A stretch of DNA of 32,000 nucleotides from Pseudodesulfovibrio piezophilus C1TLV30 (GCF_000341895.1 NC_020409.1:1200001-1232000), one strand, 5' to 3'; shown: positions 19,397 through 28,314, counted from the first letter of the stretch. Numbers and translations are program-made. Notes: generated from the letters alone by a model not told the origin.

Positions 19397-20095
19397 GTGG
19401 ATCATATATTCGTTCTCATCAATCAATGGATGACATCCGGGATTCTGCTCGGAGCATTGGGGTGCTTTCTTTGGGGCATGGTCAGTGTTCTGTTCAGCCC
19501 CTGTCATCTGGCTTCAATTCCACTTATCGTCAGCTATGTGGCAGGACAAGACAAGGTCATTGAGGGACGCCAGGCCACAATGTACGCTCTCCTCTTCACC
19601 AGCGGCCTGTTCATCACAATCGCGTCCATAGGCATAATCTGCTCCCTCCTTGGTCGTATGCTGGGTGATGTGGGGTCCTCCTGGACTCTCGTCGTCGGCC
19701 TGATACTCCTGTGGGTATCTCTGGACATGCTTGGCGTGTCCAAGTGCTCCATGTCCGGCGGAATGATGTCCAAGTTGAAAGTGAAGGGAATGCTTGGCGC
19801 TTTCATCATCGGACTCGCCTACGGAATCCTTTCGGGTTCATGCACATTCGGCTTCATCGCCCCTATCCTGGCTGTCATCACGGTACAGGGAAAGATTCTT
19901 ACGGGACTCACCTTTATTCTTCTCTTCGGCATAGGCCATTGCATCCCTATTGCTGTGGCGGGAAGTTCCACAGCCATGGTCAAAAAACTCCTTGCCAATA
20001 CAGCATGGCAACGAGGCGGTTTGCTGTTTCGACGCATCGCAGGCACGACAATTGGCTTCTTGGGGATATATTTCATAGCCCAACCTTTTTTCTAG
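19397..20095 (+). CDS. ccdA: CcdA/DsbD-type thiol:disulfide electron-transfer membrane protein
   Basis: 232-aa six-helix protein with the two intramembrane Cys motifs (LFSPCHLASIPL and SGSCTFGFIAPIL). GTG start lies 5 nt after the thioredoxin stop. Confidence 0.8.
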   Translation: MDHIFVLINQWMTSGILLGALGCFLWGMVSVLFSPCHLASIPLIVSYVAGQDKVIEGRQATMYALLFTSGLFITIASIGIICSLLGRMLGDVGSSWTLVVGLILLWVSLDMLGVSKCSMSGGMMSKLKVKGMLGAFIIGLAYGILSGSCTFGFIAPILAVITVQGKILTGLTFILLFGIGHCIPIAVAGSSTAMVKKLLANTAWQRGGLLFRRIAGTTIGFLGIYFIAQPFF

Positions 20096-20391
20096 GAGTC
20101 ACGAGCGAACCTTTTGATTCTGGGAGTATATTTCAGACAACAACATTTTTGATTCAATGAATAAATTGTCAAGGAAAGGGGAAAAAATCGCTCCCAAAAC
20201 ATCTTTCATGCTCACGCGACAAGCTCCGTCTTCATAAATGCAACAGGCCACCGCCCCATGGCTTTCACCTGCCAAAGCAGCAGGCCATGACCGGCCCTCC
20301 ATATGAATATTTCTTGAAAACAGAATAAAATCATACTCGCTTCCCTTTCGTTTCTGAAAATATCAACCACTCAACATTTTACCTATTGACA

Positions 20392-20409
20392 TATCCGCAT
20401 ATGCGGATA
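20392..20409. promoter_or_regulatory. 18-bp perfect palindrome, ArsR operator candidate
   Basis: TATCCGCAT|ATGCGGATA lies directly after a TTGACA -35 hexamer (20386-20391) and overlaps a TACGAT -10 candidate (20408-20413). Confidence 0.6.
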
Positions 20410-20411
20410 CG

Positions 20412-20768
20412 ATGCATCTCATGGAACAACTTGCTGAACGCCTCAAAGGTCTTTCCGACCCAACCCGTCTTCGTTTACTGGCTCTGCTTGATTGTGGAGA
20501 ACTCTGCATATGCGACCTGATGGAAGCCTTGAGCCTCCCGCAATCCAAGGTGTCGAGGCATATGTCATTTCTGAAAAAAAGTGGATGGGTGACCAGTCAT
20601 CGAAAAGGAAAGTGGGTATATTACACACTCGCCGATCCTGACGACCAACTTCAAGTCGCCATATTGACGACTCTGCGAGAATACCTTCCCAACCTTGCGG
20701 TAGGGGCTGAAGACCATGAACGCCTGAAACAATACTTAAAAATCAAGAACGCCGACTCGTGCGGCTAA
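20412..20768 (+). CDS. arsR: ArsR-family arsenic-responsive repressor
   Basis: [13 protein letters not shown] ... ELCICDL ... [17 protein letters not shown] is a canonical ArsR core with a CxC site. An alternative start is at ATG 20421. Confidence 0.9.
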   Translation: MHLMEQLAERLKGLSDPTRLRLLALLDCGELCICDLMEALSLPQSKVSRHMSFLKKSGWVTSHRKGKWVYYTLADPDDQLQVAILTTLREYLPNLAVGAEDHERLKQYLKIKNADSCG

Positions 20769-20785
20769 CCAATCAAGGAAAAATC

Positions 20786-21889
20786 ATGTCCGAATCGGTT
20801 GTAAAACGGCTTTCCTTTTTGGATCGTTATCTGACACTCTGGATATTTTTGGCAATGTTCATCGGCGTTGGAGGCGGCTTTCTTTATCCTGACATCAAAA
20901 ATGTTATCAACTCATTCCAGATCGGTACAACCAATATCCCCATAGCCATCGGTCTCATCCTGATGATGTACCCACCACTGGCCAAGGTAAAGTACGAACA
21001 GTTGGGAAAGGTCTTCCGAAATTACAAAGTCCTGGCTCTCTCCCTGGTCCAAAACTGGATCATAGGTCCGGTGCTCATGTTCGGTCTCGCCATAACGCTC
21101 CTCTCGGGGTACCATGAATATATGGTTGGCCTGATTCTCATCGGTCTCGCACGGTGCATCGCCATGGTCATTGTCTGGAACGACCTTGCCAAAGGCGACA
21201 GCGAATACTGCGCAGGCTTGGTCGCATTCAACTCAATTTTCCAGGTTCTGTTTTTCTCTCTCTACGCCTATGTTTTCATCACTATCCTCCCAGGCTGGTT
21301 CGGCCTCAAAGGTGTTGTGGTAGACATATCAATGGTCCAAATAGCCGAAAGTGTTTTTATTTATCTTGGCATTCCCTTCCTTGCTGGCATGATCTCCCGG
21401 TTCATCGGCATCAAGCTCAAAGGCAGGGAATGGTATGAAACAGTCTTTATCCCGAAGATTAGCCCGCTGACGCTCGTTTTCCTGCTTTTTACCATCTTCG
21501 TAATGTTTTCTCTCAAGGGAGATAAAGTCGTCCAACTGCCGTTCGACGTAATCCGTATCGCGCTGCCTCTGGCAATCTACTTCCTGCTCATGTTCCTTGT
21601 TTCCTTCTATCTGTCCTACAAGGCGGACGCGACCTATGAGCAGGCCACGACGCTGAGTTTCACGGCTGCATCCAACAACTTCGAACTCGCCATTGCTGTC
21701 GCCATTGCCGTCTTTGGCATCAACTCGGGTGAGGCATTCGCGGCCGTGATAGGACCACTTGTCGAAGTCCCGGTCCTGATCGCCTTGGTTAATGTCGCCA
21801 TCTACTTCAAGAAGAAATTCTTCCCTCATGCAATTGAAACGATCAATGGCGTGTGTCATGTCAAATGCGAAACCTCGGTCATAAAATAG
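20786..21889 (+). CDS. acr3: arsenite efflux transporter, Acr3 family
   Basis: I moved the start to ATG 20786 (AAGGAA upstream). Family hallmarks are [13 protein letters not shown] and GLARCIAMV, which contains the conserved Cys. Confidence 0.9.
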   Translation: MSESVVKRLSFLDRYLTLWIFLAMFIGVGGGFLYPDIKNVINSFQIGTTNIPIAIGLILMMYPPLAKVKYEQLGKVFRNYKVLALSLVQNWIIGPVLMFGLAITLLSGYHEYMVGLILIGLARCIAMVIVWNDLAKGDSEYCAGLVAFNSIFQVLFFSLYAYVFITILPGWFGLKGVVVDISMVQIAESVFIYLGIPFLAGMISRFIGIKLKGREWYETVFIPKISPLTLVFLLFTIFVMFSLKGDKVVQLPFDVIRIALPLAIYFLLMFLVSFYLSYKADATYEQATTLSFTAASNNFELAIAVAIAVFGINSGEAFAAVIGPLVEVPVLIALVNVAIYFKKKFFPHAIETINGVCHVKCETSVIK

Positions 21890-21898
21890 GAGCCTGTC

Positions 21899-22357
21899 AT
21901 GGAAAAGGTATTGTTCATTTGCGTCCACAACAGCGCACGCAGCCAAATGGCGGAGGCATTTCTCAAAAAGCATGCAAACAAAGACGAAATCGAAGTTGAA
22001 AGCGCCGGCTTTGAACCCACAGAGATCAACCCTTTTGTCGTCGAAGTCATGCAAGAGGTCGGAATAGACCTCTCCGAAAAGAAGACACAGTCGGTTTTCG
22101 ACTTGTTCAAAGCAGGCAAAATCTACTCTTTTGTGATGACGGTTTGCGGTGAAGGAGACGGTCAATGCCCTGTTTTTCCCGGAATGGTTCACAGACTGCA
22201 TCTCCCCTTCCCTGATCCTGCCGCAGTCGAGGGGACGAAAGAGGAAAAGCTGGCACAAATTCGACTCATTCGAGATGATATTGAACGAAATATTATCCAC
22301 TTTATTGAATGGAGCAGGTCTGGGATGCAGAATCCTTTGGACCTTGTCGGGAATTAA
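21899..22357 (+). CDS. arsC: LMW-PTP-fold arsenate reductase paralog (CVHNSARS P-loop)
   Basis: 152 aa with P-loop C8-X5-R14 and a distal Cys pair (VCGEGDGQCP). AGGAG lies upstream. Confidence 0.75.
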   Translation: MEKVLFICVHNSARSQMAEAFLKKHANKDEIEVESAGFEPTEINPFVVEVMQEVGIDLSEKKTQSVFDLFKAGKIYSFVMTVCGEGDGQCPVFPGMVHRLHLPFPDPAAVEGTKEEKLAQIRLIRDDIERNIIHFIEWSRSGMQNPLDLVGN

Positions 22358-22378
22358 AAAGCCGAAAAAGGACATACC

Positions 22379-22804
22379 ATGAATATTCTCTTTTTATGCA
22401 CTGGCAATTCATGCAGAAGCCAGATGGCTGAAGGTTGGGCAAAGAAACTCAAGGACGAGAGCTTTCATGCTTATTCAGCCGGAGTCGAAACGCACGGCCT
22501 GAATGAAAGAGCTGTTACTGTCATGAAGGAAAGTGGGGTCGATATATCCGACAACAAGTCCAAGCTGGTCTCCGACCTGCCGAACGATATCGAATTTGAC
22601 TACGTTGTGACTGTCTGCGGGAATGCCAAGGAGACATGCCCATTCTTTCCGGCCAAGAGCAAGGTTGTTCATGTCGGTTTTGACGATCCGCCTTCACAGA
22701 CCAAAAGCATGAAGAACGAAAATGAGATTCTCGATGTTTACCGCCGTGTTCGTGACGAAATCAAGGAGTTCATCCTGACATTGCCCAGTGCACTCATGGA
22801 ATAA
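22379..22804 (+). CDS. arsC: thioredoxin-coupled arsenate reductase (LMW-PTP type)
   Basis: 141 aa with the CTGNSCRSQMAEGW P-loop and VCGNAKETCP distal Cys pair, the classic Staphylococcus/Bacillus-type ArsC pattern. Confidence 0.9.
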   Translation: MNILFLCTGNSCRSQMAEGWAKKLKDESFHAYSAGVETHGLNERAVTVMKESGVDISDNKSKLVSDLPNDIEFDYVVTVCGNAKETCPFFPAKSKVVHVGFDDPPSQTKSMKNENEILDVYRRVRDEIKEFILTLPSALME

Positions 22805-23036
22805 GAAAAAAGCTGCCCTCGCAAGGGGCCCATACTCACGGACTCACAGTCAACAAAACGGCCCTGCTTTTCATCGCACACTCTGAGAATGGGAGAATAT
22901 TGCTCAAAACATAATTGTCCGGCTGAAGACCTCACTATATTGAGACATACAAAGCCCCACGAATGTATTCATAAAATTCAGCCCTCCTCTTTGATATTCT
23001 CTTTACATTCAAAAAATCATCAACATTACCCACTCT

Positions 23037-23075
23037 GAGAAAAAACATTTGTCCAAATGGCAAATGTTTTTTCTC
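23037..23075. terminator. 15-bp perfect-stem hairpin with flanking A/T tracts (bidirectional terminator-like)
   Basis: GAGAAAAAACATTTG-tccaaatgg-CAAATGTTTTTTCTC. It lies 232 nt after the arsC stop and about 320 nt before the Mo-enzyme operon. Confidence 0.5.
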
Positions 23076-23397
23076 TTTCCCCACCCTTCCAAAACGTATC
23101 AGCCAACAAGCCCCAACACTTTTCTTCCCTGCAGATGCATTCTCCCTGAGACTCTCTCCACAGCCGAAGCCCCCATAAAAAGGCTGTTTATAATAGTGCT
23201 CAAATCCAGAGAGTTTATTGTATGCTTAACATGTCATAGGCATCATCGGATAGGTAATAAAACAAGAGAGTTAGAATCAGTTGATCTCTTTCATGAATAG
23301 GACTTCCAGGAGTAACAGGAGTCCTCTCGGCATAAAACGCATGGCAACCGCTTGTCGAATTGTCATATTTATCAATGAATAGCATAAGGGAGGTCTG

Positions 23398-23850
23398 ATG
23401 ATTTCATTACATGTCAATGGGAAAGTCCATGAAGTAGACGTCGAGCCTGATACCCCTCTGTTGTGGGTTCTGCGCGATAACCTGGGCATCACCAGCGTCA
23501 AGTATGGCTGCGGCGAGGGAATATGTGGTATATGCACGGTTCTCATCGATGATGCGGCCGAGCGGTCATGCTCCATCTCCGTGGAAAGCGCGGCAGGGAG
23601 CAAGATTCTGACCATAGAAGGCCTGCCCGAAGACCATCCTGTCAAGGTAGCCTGGACTGAAAAGCAAGTCCCACAGTGCGGCTACTGTCAACCGGGTATG
23701 ATGCTGCAAGCGGTAGACATACTCTCGAAAAACACGGCCATATCAGAAAAGGAAATGGCCTTGGCCATGGACGACTTCACCTGTCGCTGTGGCTCCCATC
23801 CGAGGGTAGTCCCAGCCATGAAACAGGCTGCCAAGTCTATGAAAAAATAG
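23398..23850 (+). CDS. (2Fe-2S)-binding small subunit of a xanthine-oxidase-family molybdo-hydroxylase (IorA-like)
   Basis: 150 aa with both cluster motifs (GCGEGICGICTV and QCGYCQPG). GGGAGG lies upstream. Confidence 0.9.
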   Translation: MISLHVNGKVHEVDVEPDTPLLWVLRDNLGITSVKYGCGEGICGICTVLIDDAAERSCSISVESAAGSKILTIEGLPEDHPVKVAWTEKQVPQCGYCQPGMMLQAVDILSKNTAISEKEMALAMDDFTCRCGSHPRVVPAMKQAAKSMKK

Positions 23851-23859
23851 GAGAAAATC

Positions 23860-26022
23860 ATGACAGAAAATATAACCAGACGGAATTTTCTGAAGAAAAG
23901 TTTCCTTGTCTTGGCCGTTGCAGCCACACCGGGTGCCATGGCCCTCATGAATCTTTCTCCTGCATTTGCCAAGGATGCCACACCATTCAAACCCCATGCC
24001 TTTCTCGAAATAGCACCGGACGGCGGTATAACAATCTGGGTGGGCCAAACCAATCTGGGACAAGGTACACACACCGGAATCGCCATGATCATTGCAGATG
24101 AGTTGGATGCGGACTGGGCTGATGTCAAAGTCCGCATGGCTTTGGCCTCGGACGCCTTCAAAGACCCACTGTGGGGTATTCAGTTAACTGCCGGAAGTAC
24201 CAGTATTCGAAACCGTTGGGACCTACTTCGCACTGTTGGAGCGGCTGCCCGGCTCATGCTCATTCAGGCTGCGGCGACCAAATGGGGAATTCCGGCTCAG
24301 GACTGCACGGCTCGCTCAGGTAAAATCGTCGCTCCTGACGGCCGCATTCTCGGATACGGCGAGTTGACCGAAGAAGCCGCCAAACTTGATATTCCAGCCA
24401 AACCGGCCTTCAAGACCGTTGACGAGTACTCCATCATGGGCACCTATCGCCAACGTCTCGATATGGAAGACAAGGTGCAGGGGCGAACGATTTTCGGGTT
24501 GGACATTCAGATCCCGGACATGCTCATTGCTGTCCTGGCTCGCCCTCCCAGATATGGAGCAACGCCTGAATCCTTTGATGAAAAAGCGGCCATGGCAGTC
24601 AAAGGTGTGGAAAAAGTCCTGCCATTGGATGACAAGGTCGCGGTTTTTGCAACCACGACCTATGCCGCAATCAAGGGACGTGATGCCTTGGCCGTCCAAT
24701 GGTCACGAGGCTCTCACCCGGACCTAAACGATGCATCCATTGCAGCTCTGTTCCGCCAAAAGATGGCCTCTCCCGGAGCCATTGCCGAAGCCCTCGGCGA
24801 TACGGAAAAAGCTTTGTCCGGGGCTGCCGCGACAGTAGAGGCTGCGTATTCCGTCCCCTGGGTCGCTCACGCCCAATTGGAGCCGAATAACTGTACTGCC
24901 CATGTGGAAGCAGACCGTTGCCGCATCTGGGCCCCAACCCAAGGGCAGACGGCTGCCTTGGATGCTGCCAGAGAGGTGACAGGACTCCCCCTGAGCAAAA
25001 TAGAGCTGATGACCACCTATTGTGGCGGTGGTTTTGGGCGCAGAATTGAAGCAGACTATGTCACGGAGGCGGTCGCCCTGTCCAAGGCCGCCAACAGGCC
25101 GGTCAAAGTCATGTGGACCCGTGAGGACGACTTCGCAGATGACGTGTATCGCCCGGCCAGCACCTGCGAAATCAAGGGAGGTCTGGATGCAGACGGCAAC
25201 CTCGTTGCCTGGCGTCACAAGATTGCGTCGCAATCCATCTTTTCAAGAGTACAGCCGGATTCCGTGAAGGATGGCATAGACAGCTCATCTCTACAGGGAC
25301 TCCCGGACATGCCCTACAGCCTGCCTAACCGTTTAATTGAATACTCCCTCATCGACCTCCCCATGCGTGTGGGTTGGTTTCGATCCGTGGCTTATTCCTA
25401 CAATACCTTCTTTGTCGAAAGTTTCATGGATGAACTGGCCCTGAAGGCAGGCAAGGACCCGGTTGAGTTTCGCCTGGCCCGACTGGAAAAAGGGTCACGG
25501 CCATACAATGCTCTGATGACCCTCACTGAAAAAGGTGGCTGGGAAAGCCCACTCCCCGCAAACCGGGGGCGTGGCGTGGCTTTATGCAGCTGCTTCGAAA
25601 GCGTGGCTGCACATATGGCCGAGGTTTCTGTTGACCCCGTCAATGGGCAGGTAACCGTCCATCGACTGGTCGCCGTCGTCGACTGTGGCACTTCGGTTTA
25701 TCCCGATGGCATCACGGCCCAGATGGAAGGCGGAGCAGTCATCGGCATGAGCCTGGCATTCAACGAAGCCATGCGATTCGCTGACGGTGGAGTCGGCACA
25801 TATAACTACAGCGATTACCCATTACTCAGCATGACCCAAGTACCTGAAATTGAAATATTCATTGAGGATAGCGGAGCCAAAGCTGGTGGCATAGGCGAGC
25901 CTTCCGTTCCTTCCGTAGCCCCAGCTATCGCCAATGCGATCTTTGCGGCCACGGGTATTCGTTTGCGAGACCTCCCGTTCAAGACAGACATCCTAAAAAA
26001 GACAGATGCATCCATGTCCTGA
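23860..26022 (+). CDS. molybdopterin-binding large subunit (IorB / membrane-bound aldehyde dehydrogenase-like) with Tat signal
   Basis: 720 aa with twin-arginine signal TRRNFLKKSFLVLAVAATPGAMA...AFA. The overall pattern fits IorB-type subunits. AGGAG lies upstream. Confidence 0.9.
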   Translation: MTENITRRNFLKKSFLVLAVAATPGAMALMNLSPAFAKDATPFKPHAFLEIAPDGGITIWVGQTNLGQGTHTGIAMIIADELDADWADVKVRMALASDAFKDPLWGIQLTAGSTSIRNRWDLLRTVGAAARLMLIQAAATKWGIPAQDCTARSGKIVAPDGRILGYGELTEEAAKLDIPAKPAFKTVDEYSIMGTYRQRLDMEDKVQGRTIFGLDIQIPDMLIAVLARPPRYGATPESFDEKAAMAVKGVEKVLPLDDKVAVFATTTYAAIKGRDALAVQWSRGSHPDLNDASIAALFRQKMASPGAIAEALGDTEKALSGAAATVEAAYSVPWVAHAQLEPNNCTAHVEADRCRIWAPTQGQTAALDAAREVTGLPLSKIELMTTYCGGGFGRRIEADYVTEAVALSKAANRPVKVMWTREDDFADDVYRPASTCEIKGGLDADGNLVAWRHKIASQSIFSRVQPDSVKDGIDSSSLQGLPDMPYSLPNRLIEYSLIDLPMRVGWFRSVAYSYNTFFVESFMDELALKAGKDPVEFRLARLEKGSRPYNALMTLTEKGGWESPLPANRGRGVALCSCFESVAAHMAEVSVDPVNGQVTVHRLVAVVDCGTSVYPDGITAQMEGGAVIGMSLAFNEAMRFADGGVGTYNYSDYPLLSMTQVPEIEIFIEDSGAKAGGIGEPSVPSVAPAIANAIFAATGIRLRDLPFKTDILKKTDASMS

Positions 26023-26043
26023 TCCGCCCAACCACATCTCTCG

Positions 26044-26070
26044 CCCCCCTCCGAGCCTCTTGGAGGGGGG
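26044..26070 (+). terminator. GC-rich hairpin after the Mo-enzyme operon
   Basis: CCCCCCTCC-(9 nt)-GGAGGGGGG forms a 9-bp stem 22 nt after the stop. No clean U-tract follows. A weaker CCCC...GGGG-ATTTTT element lies at about 26085-26116. Confidence 0.5.
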
Positions 26071-26249
26071 ACTGGTTCCGACTCCTTGTAGCCCCCCTCA
26101 AACCGGGGATTTTTCAAATTGCACGGACACCGTCACAAGCATGGCCAAACAGAGGACGAGGAATTAAAAATTTCATAAAGAAGACCTCAACGATCTTTCA
26201 TTGCTCATGTGAGGTTTTCATTGATCACCCTCCATGATATCTCTCGTTC

Positions 26250-27464
26250 ATGAATGATACGATGACAAGGACTTCCCCACCTTCTGATCCGGGGGGCGTG
26301 GTTGAAGCATTCAGGGATACCATTTATTATACCGACACCTGCGGAAAAGTCCTTGAAGCCACAGGTGCCCGAATCAGCTATCTCCCCGCAATAGAGCCAA
26401 AAGGTATTCCTTTCTGGAAAATTCTGGACATAAAAGCAACTTCGCTTGCCGACGCCCTGCACAAATACCCACCGCTCAAAATCCACGAAATAACCGCTTG
26501 TGAGGGCAATAGTTTTTTACTCAGAATCATCCCTCTTCCTTTCACACACGGTTCACAGACAGGGTATATTGTCATCGCCACTGACAACCGCCCCATGGAA
26601 GCGCTTTATGAAAGCTATGAAGAACGACTCGAAGATAACATCACAGCATGGGCAGACTCCATAACCTTGTTCAATGCTTTTTTCGACACATCGCTCAATG
26701 CAACATTCCTGATCGATGATCATGGTATCATCATCGCAGCCAATACGGCTGCTCAAAAACAACATACCCGATCAGAGAATAACCTTGCCGGGGAAAACTT
26801 CCAGTGCCTGCTCGGGAAGCGGTTTCACTCTGGACTTCGCAACGCCATGTATACCATTCAGAATAAAGAGGAATGGAAGCAGAATGTCGTTGCTATTGAT
26901 GGTGAGAATGAAGGTTTTCCCGCAGAGGCCACGCTGCGGAAAATCACTTTTACCGAATACTCGCTTTACCAACTCATTCTCCATGACCTGACGGAGCAGG
27001 AGGAACTCAAAGAGGACCTCCAGGATCAAAAAGACGAGGTAAAAGAAAAAGAAATAGCACTCAGGCAGGTCATCAAATCAGTCGAAGAAGATCGCAAAAA
27101 AATGCAGAAACAATTGACCAGTCAAGTCAAGAAACAGATGCTCCCAGCTTTGGAACGCATTACCACTTCAAATACACCGGAAATTCGCGAAGGATACAAA
27201 AACCTAATTGAAGACCAACTTGTCGACCTGGCCAACGACTCCTCCGGCGAATTCGACTCCGAACTGTTGCGCCTCTCCCCACGGGAAATGGAAGTATGCC
27301 AACTCATTCAACTGGGACGGAGTGGAAAGGAAATAGCACACCTCCTCAACATGGCCTTTGAAACAGTGCAAACGCACAGAAAAAACATACGCAAAAAAGT
27401 GGGCCTTCGAGGAAGAAAAGCCTCCCTTTATACATACCTACGCCAGAAACCTTCCCTCTCCTAA
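26250..27464 (+). CDS. PAS-domain LuxR-family transcriptional regulator
   Basis: 404 aa. The C-terminal LuxR HTH is LSPREMEVCQLIQLGRSGKEIAHLLNMAFETVQTHRKNIRKKVGL. A charged coiled-coil segment sits centrally and PAS-like regions lie N-terminal. Confidence 0.8.
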   Translation: MNDTMTRTSPPSDPGGVVEAFRDTIYYTDTCGKVLEATGARISYLPAIEPKGIPFWKILDIKATSLADALHKYPPLKIHEITACEGNSFLLRIIPLPFTHGSQTGYIVIATDNRPMEALYESYEERLEDNITAWADSITLFNAFFDTSLNATFLIDDHGIIIAANTAAQKQHTRSENNLAGENFQCLLGKRFHSGLRNAMYTIQNKEEWKQNVVAIDGENEGFPAEATLRKITFTEYSLYQLILHDLTEQEELKEDLQDQKDEVKEKEIALRQVIKSVEEDRKKMQKQLTSQVKKQMLPALERITTSNTPEIREGYKNLIEDQLVDLANDSSGEFDSELLRLSPREMEVCQLIQLGRSGKEIAHLLNMAFETVQTHRKNIRKKVGLRGRKASLYTYLRQKPSLS

Positions 27465-27860
27465 ATCAGGCATACCTGAATACCCGAAACATACCCGTCT
27501 TCCCCCCTTGTTGAGAGTATTGGAAGCTGTTTGAATGATGCCGTAAAGCAAATTCTAACCTTGCTCGTGCATCAACAATGCAATTTTTATCCATGAAACA
27601 CAAATGCAGTACAACGAAGAAAGTCATTTTCATTGTACCAATTCTAGCAGTCTTATTTCTAGCATTCATTGTCTCACTTCATAATGAGACTCTCAGTGCA
27701 AATTCCCAACTGGAAAATGCGCAGTTCATAATTATGCCGAGAAACTGCTACCTCAAAGTCCCCTAGGAGTCAGAACAAACCGGATTCATATACTCCTGGC
27801 CGTTCTCGCGGTCACGCTCTTCTTGATTGTGCGGCTGGCCGTTCTGAAGAGAGCACGGAC

Positions 27861-27965
27861 TCACTTGTCCGAGTCAAAGAAGCGGGAAAAATCAACCTCG
27901 GTACGAGTGAAAGCTCTCATTCATTCATTTTTTACAACAGCAGCAATGAGTTAATGGAGTTCTAA
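27861..27965 (+). pseudogene. relic of a family-3 (polar amino acid) solute-binding domain
   Basis: The translation SLVRVKEAGKINLGTSESSHSFIFYNSSNELMEF* resembles the N-terminal L.RIK..GKL.VGT....PPF.F.D..G...GFD motif of SBP_bac_3 proteins. It is truncated by a stop, and no start or remaining domain is present. Confidence 0.5.
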
Positions 27966-28089
27966 CGTTCTTCAGACCGGTTCTCTTACTCCTGCTTTGC
28001 AGTGCAACATCCGGCAACAATTTTCGCCCTGTCAAATCATGGCTCAATGTCGAGGAAACTGTCGTTCAACTGGGGAGACTCAATCCGAT

Positions 28090-28287
28090 ACAAAAAGCTC
28101 GGGACAAAAAAAGACTGAAGAAGGGGAAAGTCCCCCCCTGTCTTGGCCCCTAAGACCGTGCTTATTCACACATGAAATGGGATTTGCCTGCAAAATCGCT
28201 GAGACTGTGCCCTTCATGAACGAAGGAGTAATCCTGAAGAAGGAGATCCCATCGAACGAACTCAAGCCCGGACTCGTAAATTCCTGA
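28090..28287 (+). pseudogene. relic of a GlnQ-type amino-acid ABC ATPase (C-terminal fragment with internal deletions)
   Basis: THEMGFACKIAETVPFMNEGVILKKE matches the conserved THEMGFA...V.FMD.G.I.E.G block. A degraded signature (SSGQKK) lies upstream. Walker A and Walker B are missing. Confidence 0.6.
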
Positions 28288-28314
28288 GCCAGATATTTTA
28301 ACCAAGGAGATACA

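Noticed and set aside
20099-20302. 67-aa minus-strand ORF in the ccdA/arsR spacer
   Set aside because: It has no ribosome-binding site, no motif and an atypical composition, so it is probably non-coding spacer.
21329-22375. 348-aa minus-strand ORF across acr3 and arsC
   Set aside because: It is an antisense shadow ORF with a low-complexity, Asp/Glu/Phe-rich translation. The plus-strand genes carry hallmark Acr3 and ArsC motifs.
27578-27766. 62-aa ORF with one transmembrane helix as a real small membrane protein
   Set aside because: It has no SD and lies within a stretch that otherwise looks like decayed transporter or sensor sequence. I treated it as part of the relic region rather than a gene.
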